Notes under the pieces: generated by a model
Seen by the model: only the letters and a program-made list of their open reading frames with translations
Told to the model about the DNA's origin: nothing
Database searches by the model: none
In this document: positions 1 to 10,500 of the stretch, in pieces
Layout of the letters: each line of letters starts with the position of its first letter
Position numbering within the stretch: position 1 is the first letter of the stretch
Made by a program: the position numbers and the translations under genes
DNA from: a virus
Lineage: Duplodnaviria > Caudoviricetes
Virus record (IMG/VR): IMGVR_UViG_3300023081_000068
Span: 1 to 26,224 of that record
Length of the DNA stretch: 26,224 nt
Strand: one strand, 5' to 3'

Positions 1-1
1 C

Positions 2-592
2 CCTGACAATATTGTTCACACGTTGCTTAGAAACAAAATCTACGAACCAGATGTTGACCCTAATCAACTATTGGATTGTGATGTTGAGGCCATTCTAATC
101 TTCTTAAGGAACTCTTCCTTTGGTCCCGAATATACTTTTACACTTAGGGACCCGAAGACTCTTAAAGACTTCCAACAAACCATTCTATTGGACGAACTCA
201 ATGTGAAACAGGGGTCGATGGAACCTGGTAATGACGGATTGTTTGAATTTCAACTTCCAGTTTCTAAGGCAAATGTGAAATGTAAGTTGTTGACAATGTC
301 TGATATTAAAGAAATCCAAAAAATTCAAGACGCATACCCTGATGGTGTTGTTGCTCCTGTGGTGACAAAAAGATTGGAGATGCAAATTGTTTCATTAAAT
401 GGTGAGACCGATAAGGGTCGTATTGCTCAAGAGATTATGACAATGCCGATTGCGGATTCAAAATTCATAAGAAATTCAATGAGAGATGCGGAACCACGTT
501 TGGATTTGGACCGCACATTTACGGCCCCGTCTGGAGAAAAGGTGACTTCTCGTATCACCTTTGGGGCTGAGTTTTTTCGTCCTTTCTTCTGA
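2..592 (+). CDS. Tail assembly chaperone / T4 gp26-like baseplate hub assembly protein (5'-truncated)
   Basis: Frame is open from base 2 (PDNIVHTLLRNKIY...), so the true start lies upstream of the window. The DVEAILIFLRNSSFGPEY segment and the ...FGAEFFRPFF end resemble gp26-like/TAC proteins. It lies two genes upstream of the tape measure. Confidence 0.65.
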   Translation, partial: PDNIVHTLLRNKIYEPDVDPNQLLDCDVEAILIFLRNSSFGPEYTFTLRDPKTLKDFQQTILLDELNVKQGSMEPGNDGLFEFQLPVSKANVKCKLLTMSDIKEIQKIQDAYPDGVVAPVVTKRLEMQIVSLNGETDKGRIAQEIMTMPIADSKFIRNSMRDAEPRLDLDRTFTAPSGEKVTSRITFGAEFFRPFF

Positions 593-755
593 TTATAGGA
601 AATCTATGCTTGACGAAATCTACTATTGCGTCAAGGAACTTGGATTTAGTTACTCTGACTTAATGAACATACCGGTCTTTGAGAGACGGTATTTCATAGA
701 TAAGTTTGTTTCTGATATGGAAAAAATTAAAGAACAACAAAGGAAATCCAAGTAA
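561..755 (+). CDS. gp51/gpT-like small tail chaperone, probably the frameshift extension of the upstream ORF (alternative independent ATG at 606)
   Basis: GFSYSDLMNIPVFERRYF resembles the 'S..E...MP..ER..' signature of gp51/gpT-type chaperone extensions. It overlaps the upstream ORF in the +1 frame across a T6 run (572-577) and sits directly before the tape measure. Confidence 0.6.
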   Translation: MGLSFFVLSSDYRKSMLDEIYYCVKELGFSYSDLMNIPVFERRYFIDKFVSDMEKIKEQQRKSK

Positions 756-758
756 AGA

Positions 759-765
759 TATTTAT
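759..765 (+). promoter_or_regulatory. TATTTAT motif, putative late promoter
   Basis: Recurrent intergenic motif, 16 nt before the tape measure ATG. Confidence 0.55.
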
Positions 766-781
766 TAGAAAAGATTAGTTC

Positions 782-2578
782 ATGTTTTTACAAGATACAG
801 GAGGTAATACAGACCCAAAATCATTAACTGAGATTCTAAATAGTTTTAGACAAGAGTTTACTCAAATGTCGAGCGCAATTTTGAATTTTGAAACTCAGGC
901 AAAAAAAATCACAGCCGATATTTTTGGTCAGGGAACCGCGTTTGCTGATTCTGTAAGACTCAGTATGGCGGGTGCTGCTCAGAGCACTGCCGAGTTGGGA
1001 GTAAGAGTAGATGATTTAGCTACTACCTATGGTGCGATTGCACAACAATTAAGGACTAATGTTATGTTAACTGAAGACCAGATTGTTAAGTTTGCTGAGT
1101 TTCAAAAGGCAACCAATATTACCGCAGAACAAGTAGGGGTATTAGTAGAGGGCTTTGCAACCTTAGGTGTTGGACCTACTGAAGCCGCAAAGCAGATGAG
1201 TGATATGGCTAAGACTTCACGTCAATATGGTTTGAATACTGCTCAGTTTATGGAGAAAGTTGGTGAAAACCTTAAACTCATGAATTCTTATAACTTTAGA
1301 GACGGTGTTGAAGGGTTTACAAGAATGGTTGCGAGGTCACAAGCCCTTCGTATTAATATGGCGGATGTAACAGGTTTAGCTGCGAAACTGTTAGACCCTT
1401 CTGAAGCGATTAATTTAGCCGCACAATTCCAAGTATTGGGTGGTGCTGTTGGTGCATTAGCTGACCCATTCCAATTAATGAACATGGCTCAGAATGACTT
1501 GGAAGGGTTACAAAACACCATATTAGATGCCGCATCCGCAGCGGTTACCTTCAATGAAACCACAGGGGAGTTCCAAATTGGGGCGACTGAAATGAGAAGG
1601 TTAAGAGCACAAGCAGACGCTTTGGGTATGGATTACGAGGAATTGGCTAATACTGCCGTGAAAACCGCTGAGAGAAATCAAAAACTTGATTATCTACAAT
1701 TCTTAGATGCTACTCCCGAACAAAAAGAAATGTTAGCCAGTTTAGGTCAACTTGAAGACGGTGAAGTTAAGGTAAAAGTTCAAAATGAAGAAGGTAAAGA
1801 TGTGTTGGTTAGTGCATCAGAGGCCCTTAACAAGTATTCAGACCAACTTAATAAAATGACCGATGAAGCCAATTTAGATGACCGAGAAATTGCTCTTCGT
1901 CAAATGAATGCATTAGAAGAGATTGAAAAGGCATTATTAGACCCATTAATTCAAGTTCAGGCTGAGGTTGCTGGTAGTGAAGCGTTTACCGAAATTAGGT
2001 CGACTATTAAAGGAACTGCGGAATCTATTGCTGAGTTTTCAGACAAGATGATAGGTGATAGTGGTGTAGTTGGAGAATCAATAACAAAATTCTATAAAAG
2101 TTTTCAAACAGGAGTTAAAGAGTTAGGTGAAAAACTTCAAAAACCAACGACATATGAGGGTATGATGACCAACTTCAAAACAATATTCGATGGTTTGTCG
2201 AGTAAAGTTGCGGAAATCGAATTATCTGAATATGGTATTGACATGTCATCAATGACTCAGTTGGAAATTATGAATCATCTTAGAAATATTAGAAGTGGAT
2301 TAGGAGGTGGAAGTAGTACTGCCTCAACAACCAATCTTGGTTCATATACAGTTGATAACCCACTACCTGTCAACTTAGCTAAAGTTGAGAATGATGTGAC
2401 TGTAAAAATTGACCCTATGACTATGAATTTTGAAGACTTAAATGTAAATCACGGAGGAACAATTCAACTACAGGGTGTTGGTGGTGTGGATATTAATAAT
2501 TTAACGGCAACACAACTACAAGAATTAAGTATTAAATTAAAAACATACATGGACCCAAGTAATATCTTGGGAACATAA
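782..2578 (+). CDS. Tail tape measure protein
   Basis: 598 aa, Ala/Gln/Glu-rich and apparently helical. It follows the chaperone pair and precedes baseplate genes, and its length is close to T4 gp29 (~590 aa). Confidence 0.7.
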   Translation: MFLQDTGGNTDPKSLTEILNSFRQEFTQMSSAILNFETQAKKITADIFGQGTAFADSVRLSMAGAAQSTAELGVRVDDLATTYGAIAQQLRTNVMLTEDQIVKFAEFQKATNITAEQVGVLVEGFATLGVGPTEAAKQMSDMAKTSRQYGLNTAQFMEKVGENLKLMNSYNFRDGVEGFTRMVARSQALRINMADVTGLAAKLLDPSEAINLAAQFQVLGGAVGALADPFQLMNMAQNDLEGLQNTILDAASAAVTFNETTGEFQIGATEMRRLRAQADALGMDYEELANTAVKTAERNQKLDYLQFLDATPEQKEMLASLGQLEDGEVKVKVQNEEGKDVLVSASEALNKYSDQLNKMTDEANLDDREIALRQMNALEEIEKALLDPLIQVQAEVAGSEAFTEIRSTIKGTAESIAEFSDKMIGDSGVVGESITKFYKSFQTGVKELGEKLQKPTTYEGMMTNFKTIFDGLSSKVAEIELSEYGIDMSSMTQLEIMNHLRNIRSGLGGGSSTASTTNLGSYTVDNPLPVNLAKVENDVTVKIDPMTMNFEDLNVNHGGTIQLQGVGGVDINNLTATQLQELSIKLKTYMDPSNILGT

Positions 2579-2593
2579 AAATAGTGGTTAGGC

Positions 2594-2600
2594 TATTTAT
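2594..2600 (+). promoter_or_regulatory. TATTTAT motif, putative late promoter
   Basis: Recurrent intergenic motif, 17 nt before ATG 2618. Confidence 0.55.
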
Positions 2601-2617
2601 ATAAAAAAAGAAAATAG

Positions 2618-5600
2618 ATGCCAAGTCCATTATCGTTTGCTTCTACAGAAACTTTCAGAACACAACTATTAGTTAGAAACTTAGAGCCATATTCTGAGGG
2701 AGGTTTCGTTGCGTCCTCAACACCTGCACAGGGTGAATTGAATCAGACAAACTATTCTGTGGTTGACAGTCCAAATGTTGTGGATGTGGGTCAACAAGAA
2801 GAAACTTTTCTAATCACCAAAAACTGGTACGGACCTGCCGGCGGTTATGACGACCCAATAGATATTACGGATGTTCAACGACTAATTGAAAACAGAGACA
2901 CTTACTATAAGTTTGTTTCATCATACTACACGTCTTATCAAATATTACTTCAAGACAATCCTGTAGGTTCAAGTGGTTCACTATCACAGGACTCTATAAT
3001 GATGCAAATTGGTGCAAAATCATTAAAGAATGAGTTACAATATAGAGTTGATGAAGAAGTTAGACAAGAAACATTAGGTCGATTAAACTTCCTTAATGCG
3101 GCTCAAGACCCATTCTTAGTTGCTGATATCATCAGAGGAACGAATGAGTTTATTGAACCTGATTGGACCATTTCATCACCAACAAACCCTGTTGGTAAAG
3201 GGTTAGACTATATTTCAAGGATTAGTGGAGTATATGTTCCATTCTCATGGATACCTGGTGATTACTTTAACCCTGAAGGTAAAAAGAGTTTTATTAACCA
3301 AGCAGCCAACTTTGTGGGTGGGTTATTTGCTAATGATAATAATGTGGACGGAGCAATTCCAAGTCCTAAGTTATTACCTGAAAAGAGAAACGGTTCTGAT
3401 ATTTTCCTAAATAATACGGGTAGAGGTCAATCTTCTGCGTTGTTTAGAGCATTGGAATACAATGACTTTAGACCTGACTATAAAGCAAACTTCCTTTCAG
3501 ACCTTAACTTAACGGCACCAAACGGGGCATATTATGTGGGTAGTAGAACACAATCTCCGACTGATGTATTATTCCCAAATAACGAACTTCCTGTTGATTA
3601 TAAGAATAAGAGAGTTCAATCTGCGGTTAGAGGGTATGGTCAGTTATCAACATTATATGAAGGTGAAGACCAAAACTTTAAGTTTGGATTAAACGCACCA
3701 CTTCCAAGTGAGGAAGGTGGTTTACAAGGTGGATTTACGTGGATATCACCAAAGAGTAGACCTGCAGCTGGTAAAAAAGGTGGTGTTGGAGGAGATACAG
3801 GTTCTGAAGATGCAAACTGGAACGATGTAAGTGCTACATTCAACAGTACCATATCCACAAACTATTCATTCAAACAGGGGTCTATTATGGACGAGACCCA
3901 AAGACTTATCAATTCAGCAGACGGATTGGGAGGTCAAGCCAAACTTCAACACGTTGGTAATGCTATCGACCAGGTTTCCAAAGTATTTTATGATGGGACC
4001 AGAGAGATTACCAAAGGTTCGAGAGTTATGTCTTTTATTGACCAAAACGGTGATTTGGTTGGAACGGAATATTGTAGAGTGTTTACCAAAGACAACCCAT
4101 ACTTTAAGATGAATGACTTACAAAAGACTGATGGTAATATCCGTAAGTTTAGTTATTCAGTATTGGATAATACCTACAATTTAAATATTGCACCAAACTA
4201 TGGTGATAGTTCAACAAATGTTGTTGATGGTCAGGTTAAGAAATACATGTTATCTCTTGAGAATTTGGCTTGGAGAACGACTGATATGCAACAAGACCTT
4301 CCGTCTTGTGAGAAAGGTCCTAATGGTGGACGTATCATGTGGTTTCCTCCATACGATTTAAGAGTAGATGAGAGTGTTGCGGTTAGGTGGACACAGAATG
4401 ACTTTTTAGGTCGACCAGAACCTATCTATACTTACAATAACACTCAAAGACAGGGTAGTTTATCCTTTAAGATACTTGTTGACCACCCTTCAATCCTTAA
4501 TTTATTGATTGATAAGGAGTTGGCAAACGTTACTCCAGATTCTAAAATTACAAAGATTGTTGACAGTTTCTTTGCGGGATGTAAGAAATACGACATTTAT
4601 GAATTGGCAAGAAAGTTTGGTCAGCTGTCAGTTAATGAGATTTACGAGATTGTTACCAAAACAAAAGATATTGACCAATTCCAAAAGGCTAAAGAAGAAC
4701 TTCCGCAACCAACAGAAGGTGAAACTACTGTTGTTGAAAATGTTACTGAGAAACCTTCTTTATCTGAGTTTGAAGGGGCTACTGTTTATTTTGACAATAA
4801 TACACCTTCACCATCCTCTGGTATTTGGAGTAATGAAAGTTACGGAACAGTTTATTCAAATTATATTACAAACCAAGGAACATATCAAAACCAAAATAAA
4901 AGTAATGTTTCTGCTATTGATAACTTCTTTAGTTCAGAAATTGTTGCAGGTAAAAACCAATTAGATGTTTTGATAACTCAAATTGTTGAAACTATTGAGA
5001 AAGGTTACACGGTTGAGATTACCCTGAAAGGATATACCTCTTCATTGGCATCTGCAAGCTATAATGAAGAATTGTCAAAAAGAAGAGTAGATGCGGTTCG
5101 ACAATATATTTTATCGGACCCAAGAATATTAAATATTAATCAACAAACAGAACTGGGTAAGGTTACTGTGAATTATTTTGGTTTTGGTGAATCTGAGTGT
5201 GATAGTGGTAATGAAGTATACACGACAACTGCGATGGAATGTAGGAGAGTTGAAGTTACAAACATTACTGTTTTCGAGCCGAGAGAAACTGAACAGGACA
5301 ATACTTTAGATGAGACTGAGGCAATACAACAACAAACCAATCCAACTGCGGGTAATAATGATGTTGAAACTGACAACGCCCCTGCAACGAGAAGTAGTGA
5401 TGAGGTAAGACTTAGAGAGGGTGTTACTAAAAAATTACTTAGAAAATTGTTGACGGAATGTAATTACTTTGAATCAATCACAGATGACACCTCGTTCTTA
5501 TATGAGGGAATGAAGGAGAAGATTAAATACTTTAATCCGGTATTCCATTCAATGACGCCAGAAGGATTAAACTCGAGACTTACCTTCTTACAACAGTGTC

Positions 5601-7201
5601 TAAGACCAGGTAACACCATACCAACTATCGGACCTGATGGAAAACCATTGGACAACGACGCATTGAATACTTCGTTTGGTGTTCCACCAATTTGTGTTTT
5701 AAGGGTCGGTGACTTCTTCCATACTAAAATTGCCATCAATCAGATGACAATTCGTTACGAGCCATTACAATTAGACTTAAACCCTGAGGGTATCGGTGTT
5801 CAACCAATGTTGGCCGACGTTAACTTATCTTTCTACTTTATTGGTGGACACGGATTGAAAGAACCTGTTCAACAACTTCAAAACGCCTTGTCGTTCAACT
5901 ATTACGCAAACACTGAAATGTATGACGAGAGAGCAACTGCCACAGAAGATACTAAGAAGATTGATTTGGAAACTATTGAGGCATTGGACTTATCAGTTCC
6001 GTTTAGTCAACAAGATGCTGCGGGTGGTGGTGACCGAGATGGTGGAACCACTATTGGTGAGATTACTTCTCAAAATATAACAAACTCAGGTCAAACAATC
6101 ACAGGAACAATCAAATACCAACAAAATATGGATGATTTGATTGGAAACACTAAGACATATTCAGACGCGTTAACTAAGACATTGGAAGATATCAATGAAG
6201 AATTTGGTCAGTCTGGATTGTTTATGTTCACCAAAGATAGAAAGTATATTAATGGTTCAATGAAAACAACTGCCAATCAAACAGATTTATATGGTAAATC
6301 TGAAAAATTACAAGATAAGATTGACACATTATTTAGTGAAATAAAAAAGGATGTTGATAATGAAACCTCACCACTTTTGATTGATGGAAGTAATACATTT
6401 TCTCAAGTGCCATCATTTAAAAAATCTGAAATTAGAAAATATAAGAATAAAGTTAATGAAATCTTAGCTTCGTATAAGGACAATTTTAGTATTACAATGA
6501 ATGATATTCAAAGTGATTTAATATCTGCCGAGCAAGATTTAATTTATAACATTGACCGGTTAAACTATGTATATTCATTAAATGATGGATTCATTCAACC
6601 AAACGGTCAGGTTGTGATTTATTCTTTATCAGCAACCACTAATGTTTATGACCCTAATGGTCCCGCGACTGATACACTGTTAGAGATGGAACAAGATATG
6701 GATTATATATCTGCCGATTTAAATGGGACTTTATTACAGCTGGAATCTAAAAATTTAATAAGTGACGATTATAGTGATAGTTGGTCTTTTTCTTTAGAAG
6801 AAACACTACTTGCAAATTCATCACAAAAAAGATTGTTTACTGTTATTCAGAAAGATGTTCTTGGTAGTAACAACCTTAAAAATGAATTAATCAAGTGGAT
6901 AGATGAACAATCATTTAGTAATCCACAAATTTGGAAAGATGTCATTAATAAAATTTTTGACACATTAAATAGTATATATTCGAGTCAAAAATCAAAGATG
7001 GAATCACAATTCACTGATTATAAAAACAGTGCCATCATTGGAAATACCTATGAACCATACACTTTGGGTAAGGTTAGAGAGTTTAACTTCTCTGAGTCAG
7101 CTACACAGTCACAAACTCAAGTTGAAGGTCTAAGAAACCTTTACAGTGGTGTTAACTCAGGTTCTGCAAATAAATGGAACTACAAAGTAAAACTTAACTA
7201 A
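2618..7201 (+). CDS. Large baseplate/tail-tube initiator-like protein with an internal OmpA-like domain
   Basis: 1527 aa. Tube-initiator-like segments at ~4325-4490 (WTQNDFLGRPEPIYTYNNTQRQGSLSFKILVD) and ~5684-5848 (PPICVLRVGDFFHTKIAINQMTIRY...PMLADVNLSFYFIG) flank an OmpA-C-like motif set (VYFD...LKGYTSS...YNEELSKRRVDAVRQYI...GFGES...RRVEV). Located after the tape measure. Confidence 0.7.
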   Translation: MPSPLSFASTETFRTQLLVRNLEPYSEGGFVASSTPAQGELNQTNYSVVDSPNVVDVGQQEETFLITKNWYGPAGGYDDPIDITDVQRLIENRDTYYKFVSSYYTSYQILLQDNPVGSSGSLSQDSIMMQIGAKSLKNELQYRVDEEVRQETLGRLNFLNAAQDPFLVADIIRGTNEFIEPDWTISSPTNPVGKGLDYISRISGVYVPFSWIPGDYFNPEGKKSFINQAANFVGGLFANDNNVDGAIPSPKLLPEKRNGSDIFLNNTGRGQSSALFRALEYNDFRPDYKANFLSDLNLTAPNGAYYVGSRTQSPTDVLFPNNELPVDYKNKRVQSAVRGYGQLSTLYEGEDQNFKFGLNAPLPSEEGGLQGGFTWISPKSRPAAGKKGGVGGDTGSEDANWNDVSATFNSTISTNYSFKQGSIMDETQRLINSADGLGGQAKLQHVGNAIDQVSKVFYDGTREITKGSRVMSFIDQNGDLVGTEYCRVFTKDNPYFKMNDLQKTDGNIRKFSYSVLDNTYNLNIAPNYGDSSTNVVDGQVKKYMLSLENLAWRTTDMQQDLPSCEKGPNGGRIMWFPPYDLRVDESVAVRWTQNDFLGRPEPIYTYNNTQRQGSLSFKILVDHPSILNLLIDKELANVTPDSKITKIVDSFFAGCKKYDIYELARKFGQLSVNEIYEIVTKTKDIDQFQKAKEELPQPTEGETTVVENVTEKPSLSEFEGATVYFDNNTPSPSSGIWSNESYGTVYSNYITNQGTYQNQNKSNVSAIDNFFSSEIVAGKNQLDVLITQIVETIEKGYTVEITLKGYTSSLASASYNEELSKRRVDAVRQYILSDPRILNINQQTELGKVTVNYFGFGESECDSGNEVYTTTAMECRRVEVTNITVFEPRETEQDNTLDETEAIQQQTNPTAGNNDVETDNAPATRSSDEVRLREGVTKKLLRKLLTECNYFESITDDTSFLYEGMKEKIKYFNPVFHSMTPEGLNSRLTFLQQCLRPGNTIPTIGPDGKPLDNDALNTSFGVPPICVLRVGDFFHTKIAINQMTIRYEPLQLDLNPEGIGVQPMLADVNLSFYFIGGHGLKEPVQQLQNALSFNYYANTEMYDERATATEDTKKIDLETIEALDLSVPFSQQDAAGGGDRDGGTTIGEITSQNITNSGQTITGTIKYQQNMDDLIGNTKTYSDALTKTLEDINEEFGQSGLFMFTKDRKYINGSMKTTANQTDLYGKSEKLQDKIDTLFSEIKKDVDNETSPLLIDGSNTFSQVPSFKKSEIRKYKNKVNEILASYKDNFSITMNDIQSDLISAEQDLIYNIDRLNYVYSLNDGFIQPNGQVVIYSLSATTNVYDPNGPATDTLLEMEQDMDYISADLNGTLLQLESKNLISDDYSDSWSFSLEETLLANSSQKRLFTVIQKDVLGSNNLKNELIKWIDEQSFSNPQIWKDVINKIFDTLNSIYSSQKSKMESQFTDYKNSAIIGNTYEPYTLGKVREFNFSESATQSQTQVEGLRNLYSGVNSGSANKWNYKVKLN

Positions 7202-7518
7202 TGGATTATTACAATAGATATCAGAACTTTTTATTGAATGGTCAACAAACTGTTGTTCCAAATGTAAAATTGCCTTCAAAAACTACAGATAAGAAGTATG
7301 TTTATAGACAGGGCATGAGCCGCTTAGATAAGATTAGTTATGAATTTTACAATACACCATACTTTGGTTGGTTGATACAAATGGCTAATCCTAATTTGGG
7401 TAGTATGGAAAATAACATTCCTGATGGGACTGTTTTGATAATTCCGTTTCCTTTGGTTCAGTCCCTACAAGATTATAAAAACGCAATAGATACGCATTTC
7501 TATTATTATGGCAGGTAA
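7201..7518 (+). CDS. LysM-like baseplate protein (T4 gp53 / P2 gpX-like)
   Basis: YVYRQGMSRLDKISYEFYNTPYFGWLIQMANP...IPDGTVLIIP matches the LysM-type tail protein X pattern. Coupled to the upstream gene by a TAATG overlap. Confidence 0.8.
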   Translation: MDYYNRYQNFLLNGQQTVVPNVKLPSKTTDKKYVYRQGMSRLDKISYEFYNTPYFGWLIQMANPNLGSMENNIPDGTVLIIPFPLVQSLQDYKNAIDTHFYYYGR

Positions 7519-10500
7519 CCCAAATTACAGGAGATTCACCGCAAGTGAGAAAGTCGCATTTACAACATATAACAACATAGTCCTCGTAGACCCTAACACC
7601 GTTGTAGATGCTGAAGGTAACGCACGCGAAAGATTAGTCCAACATGAAAATTTGGTGATGTATGCCAATCTTCAAGCCAATATCTTACCGAGAACAAAAT
7701 TAGCCGTCGGAGAAAACTTTGACGAAAAGTCTGATTTGATTCAGGTTGCAAATTTTGGAGGGACTGAAGACGGTAAGATTAACTTCCTGAAACCTCAAGG
7801 GAAAAACTATTTGGACACCAGTTGGACAGACCAGTTTACAGGTCAAAGACAAGATGACGGTGCGGGTATCAATCAATCTCAGGTGACAAGTTTAGAAACG
7901 GGAAAACGAGCAATTCGTAACTCTCAAGACACTCAACTATTAGGTATTACTAACATTAAGATTAATAACAACTCATCTTTTATTCCTGTTGTGGATATTG
8001 AGATGGTTGACATTCAAGGGAGAACCCTATTTGAGCAGGGGGAAAACTCACCATATTCTGCATTTATGCAAATGCCATATCCATTGTTCTATTTAACTGT
8101 GAAAGGTTACTATGGTAAGGCGGTTAAGTATGAATTGATGTTGAAGAGTTTCAATGCTAGATTTGACCCTTCAGATGGCAATTACAAACTAAGTTTATCA
8201 TTTATTGGTAGGACCGCGGCCATTCTTTCAGATTTACCTTTGGGGGCGTTATTTGCATTACCACATATGTATGAAACAATATTTGAGGAAAGGGAAAATG
8301 ATGGTGTATCAGACTATAATGGTGATGTTACCACACGTGAAACAAGAAATGTCCAAACACAAAACGCATTAGATTCTTCGGGGACTGAACAATACGAAAC
8401 ATACAATCGTATTACCACCACTCGAGGAATGCAGAAAATTCACCAGACGTATCAGTATTATAAAGGGTTAGGGTTGGTTGATGAAAACTTACCCGAGTTA
8501 ACACTCTCACAGTTGGCGTATAGATTGGACGCTATTGAGACATTTATAACAAACACAATGTCTGAGGTTGACCTAAGGTCCATCAATGATATTAAAACAT
8601 ATAGACAAACACTTGAAATATTTAGGTCGTATGTTGCAATTAACGTTCCGGCTTCGTGGTTTAGAAATTACTTAGACCCCTCAAGTGCCATCGTATTAAA
8701 TGATGGTAAAGTGTTATATACATTTAACGCTGAGACTGATGAGACTCAGGAAAAGATAGATGCTAAGGCGGAGTTAAAGGCAAAGTTTAAAAAATATTCT
8801 GAAGAGTTAAGGAATAATGAAACATTTGGGACAAACGGAACCTACACTGTTTTAGGTAAAGAACAATCGTCTGCACTTAGCTTTGACGTGAATTATGATA
8901 TGTTGATACCAGATTCACTTACTTTGGACGATATTGATTTTGAAAAGACATTTATTCGTCAGAAAAACTTTGTTCCAAATCAATCTGATTTAAACACATT
9001 CAAAACACAATTTGCCGTTAACTTTGAATTGGGGGAAGATTATGTGAATGCAGAATTGGAGTTGATACAGGGAGATGTGACCTTCTACTTCTTTGGTGAA
9101 AACAATGATAGTCCGACATATTTTAACGGGTCGTTCTTATCTAAGATGGATATATTGGAACAACAATTCAATGTGATGTCTGAGAGAATCGAGAAGGAAC
9201 TGTCCGAAGCCTTAGCCGAGAAGATTGAAGACCCACAAACCGGATTAGGGTTCAAACCAACAATTAGAAACGTTGTTGCTATTTTAATGGCCAATGTGGA
9301 TGCGTTCTATCGTTTGATGGACGATATTCACAGAGAGGCGTGGGACCTAAAAGACAACCCACAAAGGTTGAGAGTTATTGTGGACCCTGAAAAGGGTGAT
9401 GGTGTGGACACGAAAGATATGGTCCAAAATGGGAATGTATTAAATGAAAACTCATTTGTATATCCGTGGCCTCAGTATTTTCAAAAAGAATACGACGACC
9501 AAAACAACCAAAGATATGTGGTTCGTTACATTGGTGACCCTAAATTAAGAAATAGAACGAGAGCGTATGACTACTCGTTATGGCCTGAGGTTGGGTTCTT
9601 AGAAAACTATATTAAGGGACAGTTGCAGAGAGAGGAGATGCCTCCGCCACTAACAAACAATAATCAGAAAAAGATTGCTAACTATATTCCTGTAAGTGCA
9701 ATGGAATATCCTTTATTACTAAGGGCATATCCAGACCTTAACGAGATTACGTTCCTATATGAGATATGGGAGAGGACATACTTACAAAGTAACTATTCAA
9801 ACATATTCAGACCAACTCAGAGTAGTCAAAACTTATACAATGTGTTAGGTAGGTTTGAGGCTAAGACCATTAAAGATGCTATTAGCTCTGACCCATTCTT
9901 AATGATGAAACTTAAGAACTTAGGATTGAACAGTCAGAACTTCTTATCGTTGTTGAGAAGTGTGTCGGGGAATGGTCAAGGTCAGAGATGGGCGTTGTTT
10001 GAAAGGGATTTATACACTTCAACTGCTGTTAAGTCATTAATAGATACTCAAAATGGTATCTATAAGTTTTCAGATGATGATGTTAACAGGATACAATCAG
10101 AACCTGCTGATGAGTCTCAAGACAACCTTAAAGAGTATATTGTTTCTCCGTTAACTAATGAACTTACGTTTACTGATGTTTATCCATATACCAATCTAAC
10201 ATGGATTACCAACAATTTCTCAAGTGGTGTGGACTACAACTCGTTAGAAAAGGCAAACTCAACGACTAACAATATGTTCTTTATTGAGACTCTCAAAATG
10301 TTGGCAAGTTTTAATCCTGATAATGCGGAGAACGGATATGATTATTCGCCGGTCTTACCAGATGATTGGTTTAACTTTAATTCATTAAAGATTGAAGGGT
10401 TAACCAAAGAAACATTTAGGGTTGAAAGTATTGATATGATGGTCAACAACGAATACGGTGTGACGGAAGGTAATGTCGATTATGGACCTAATTACTCAGG

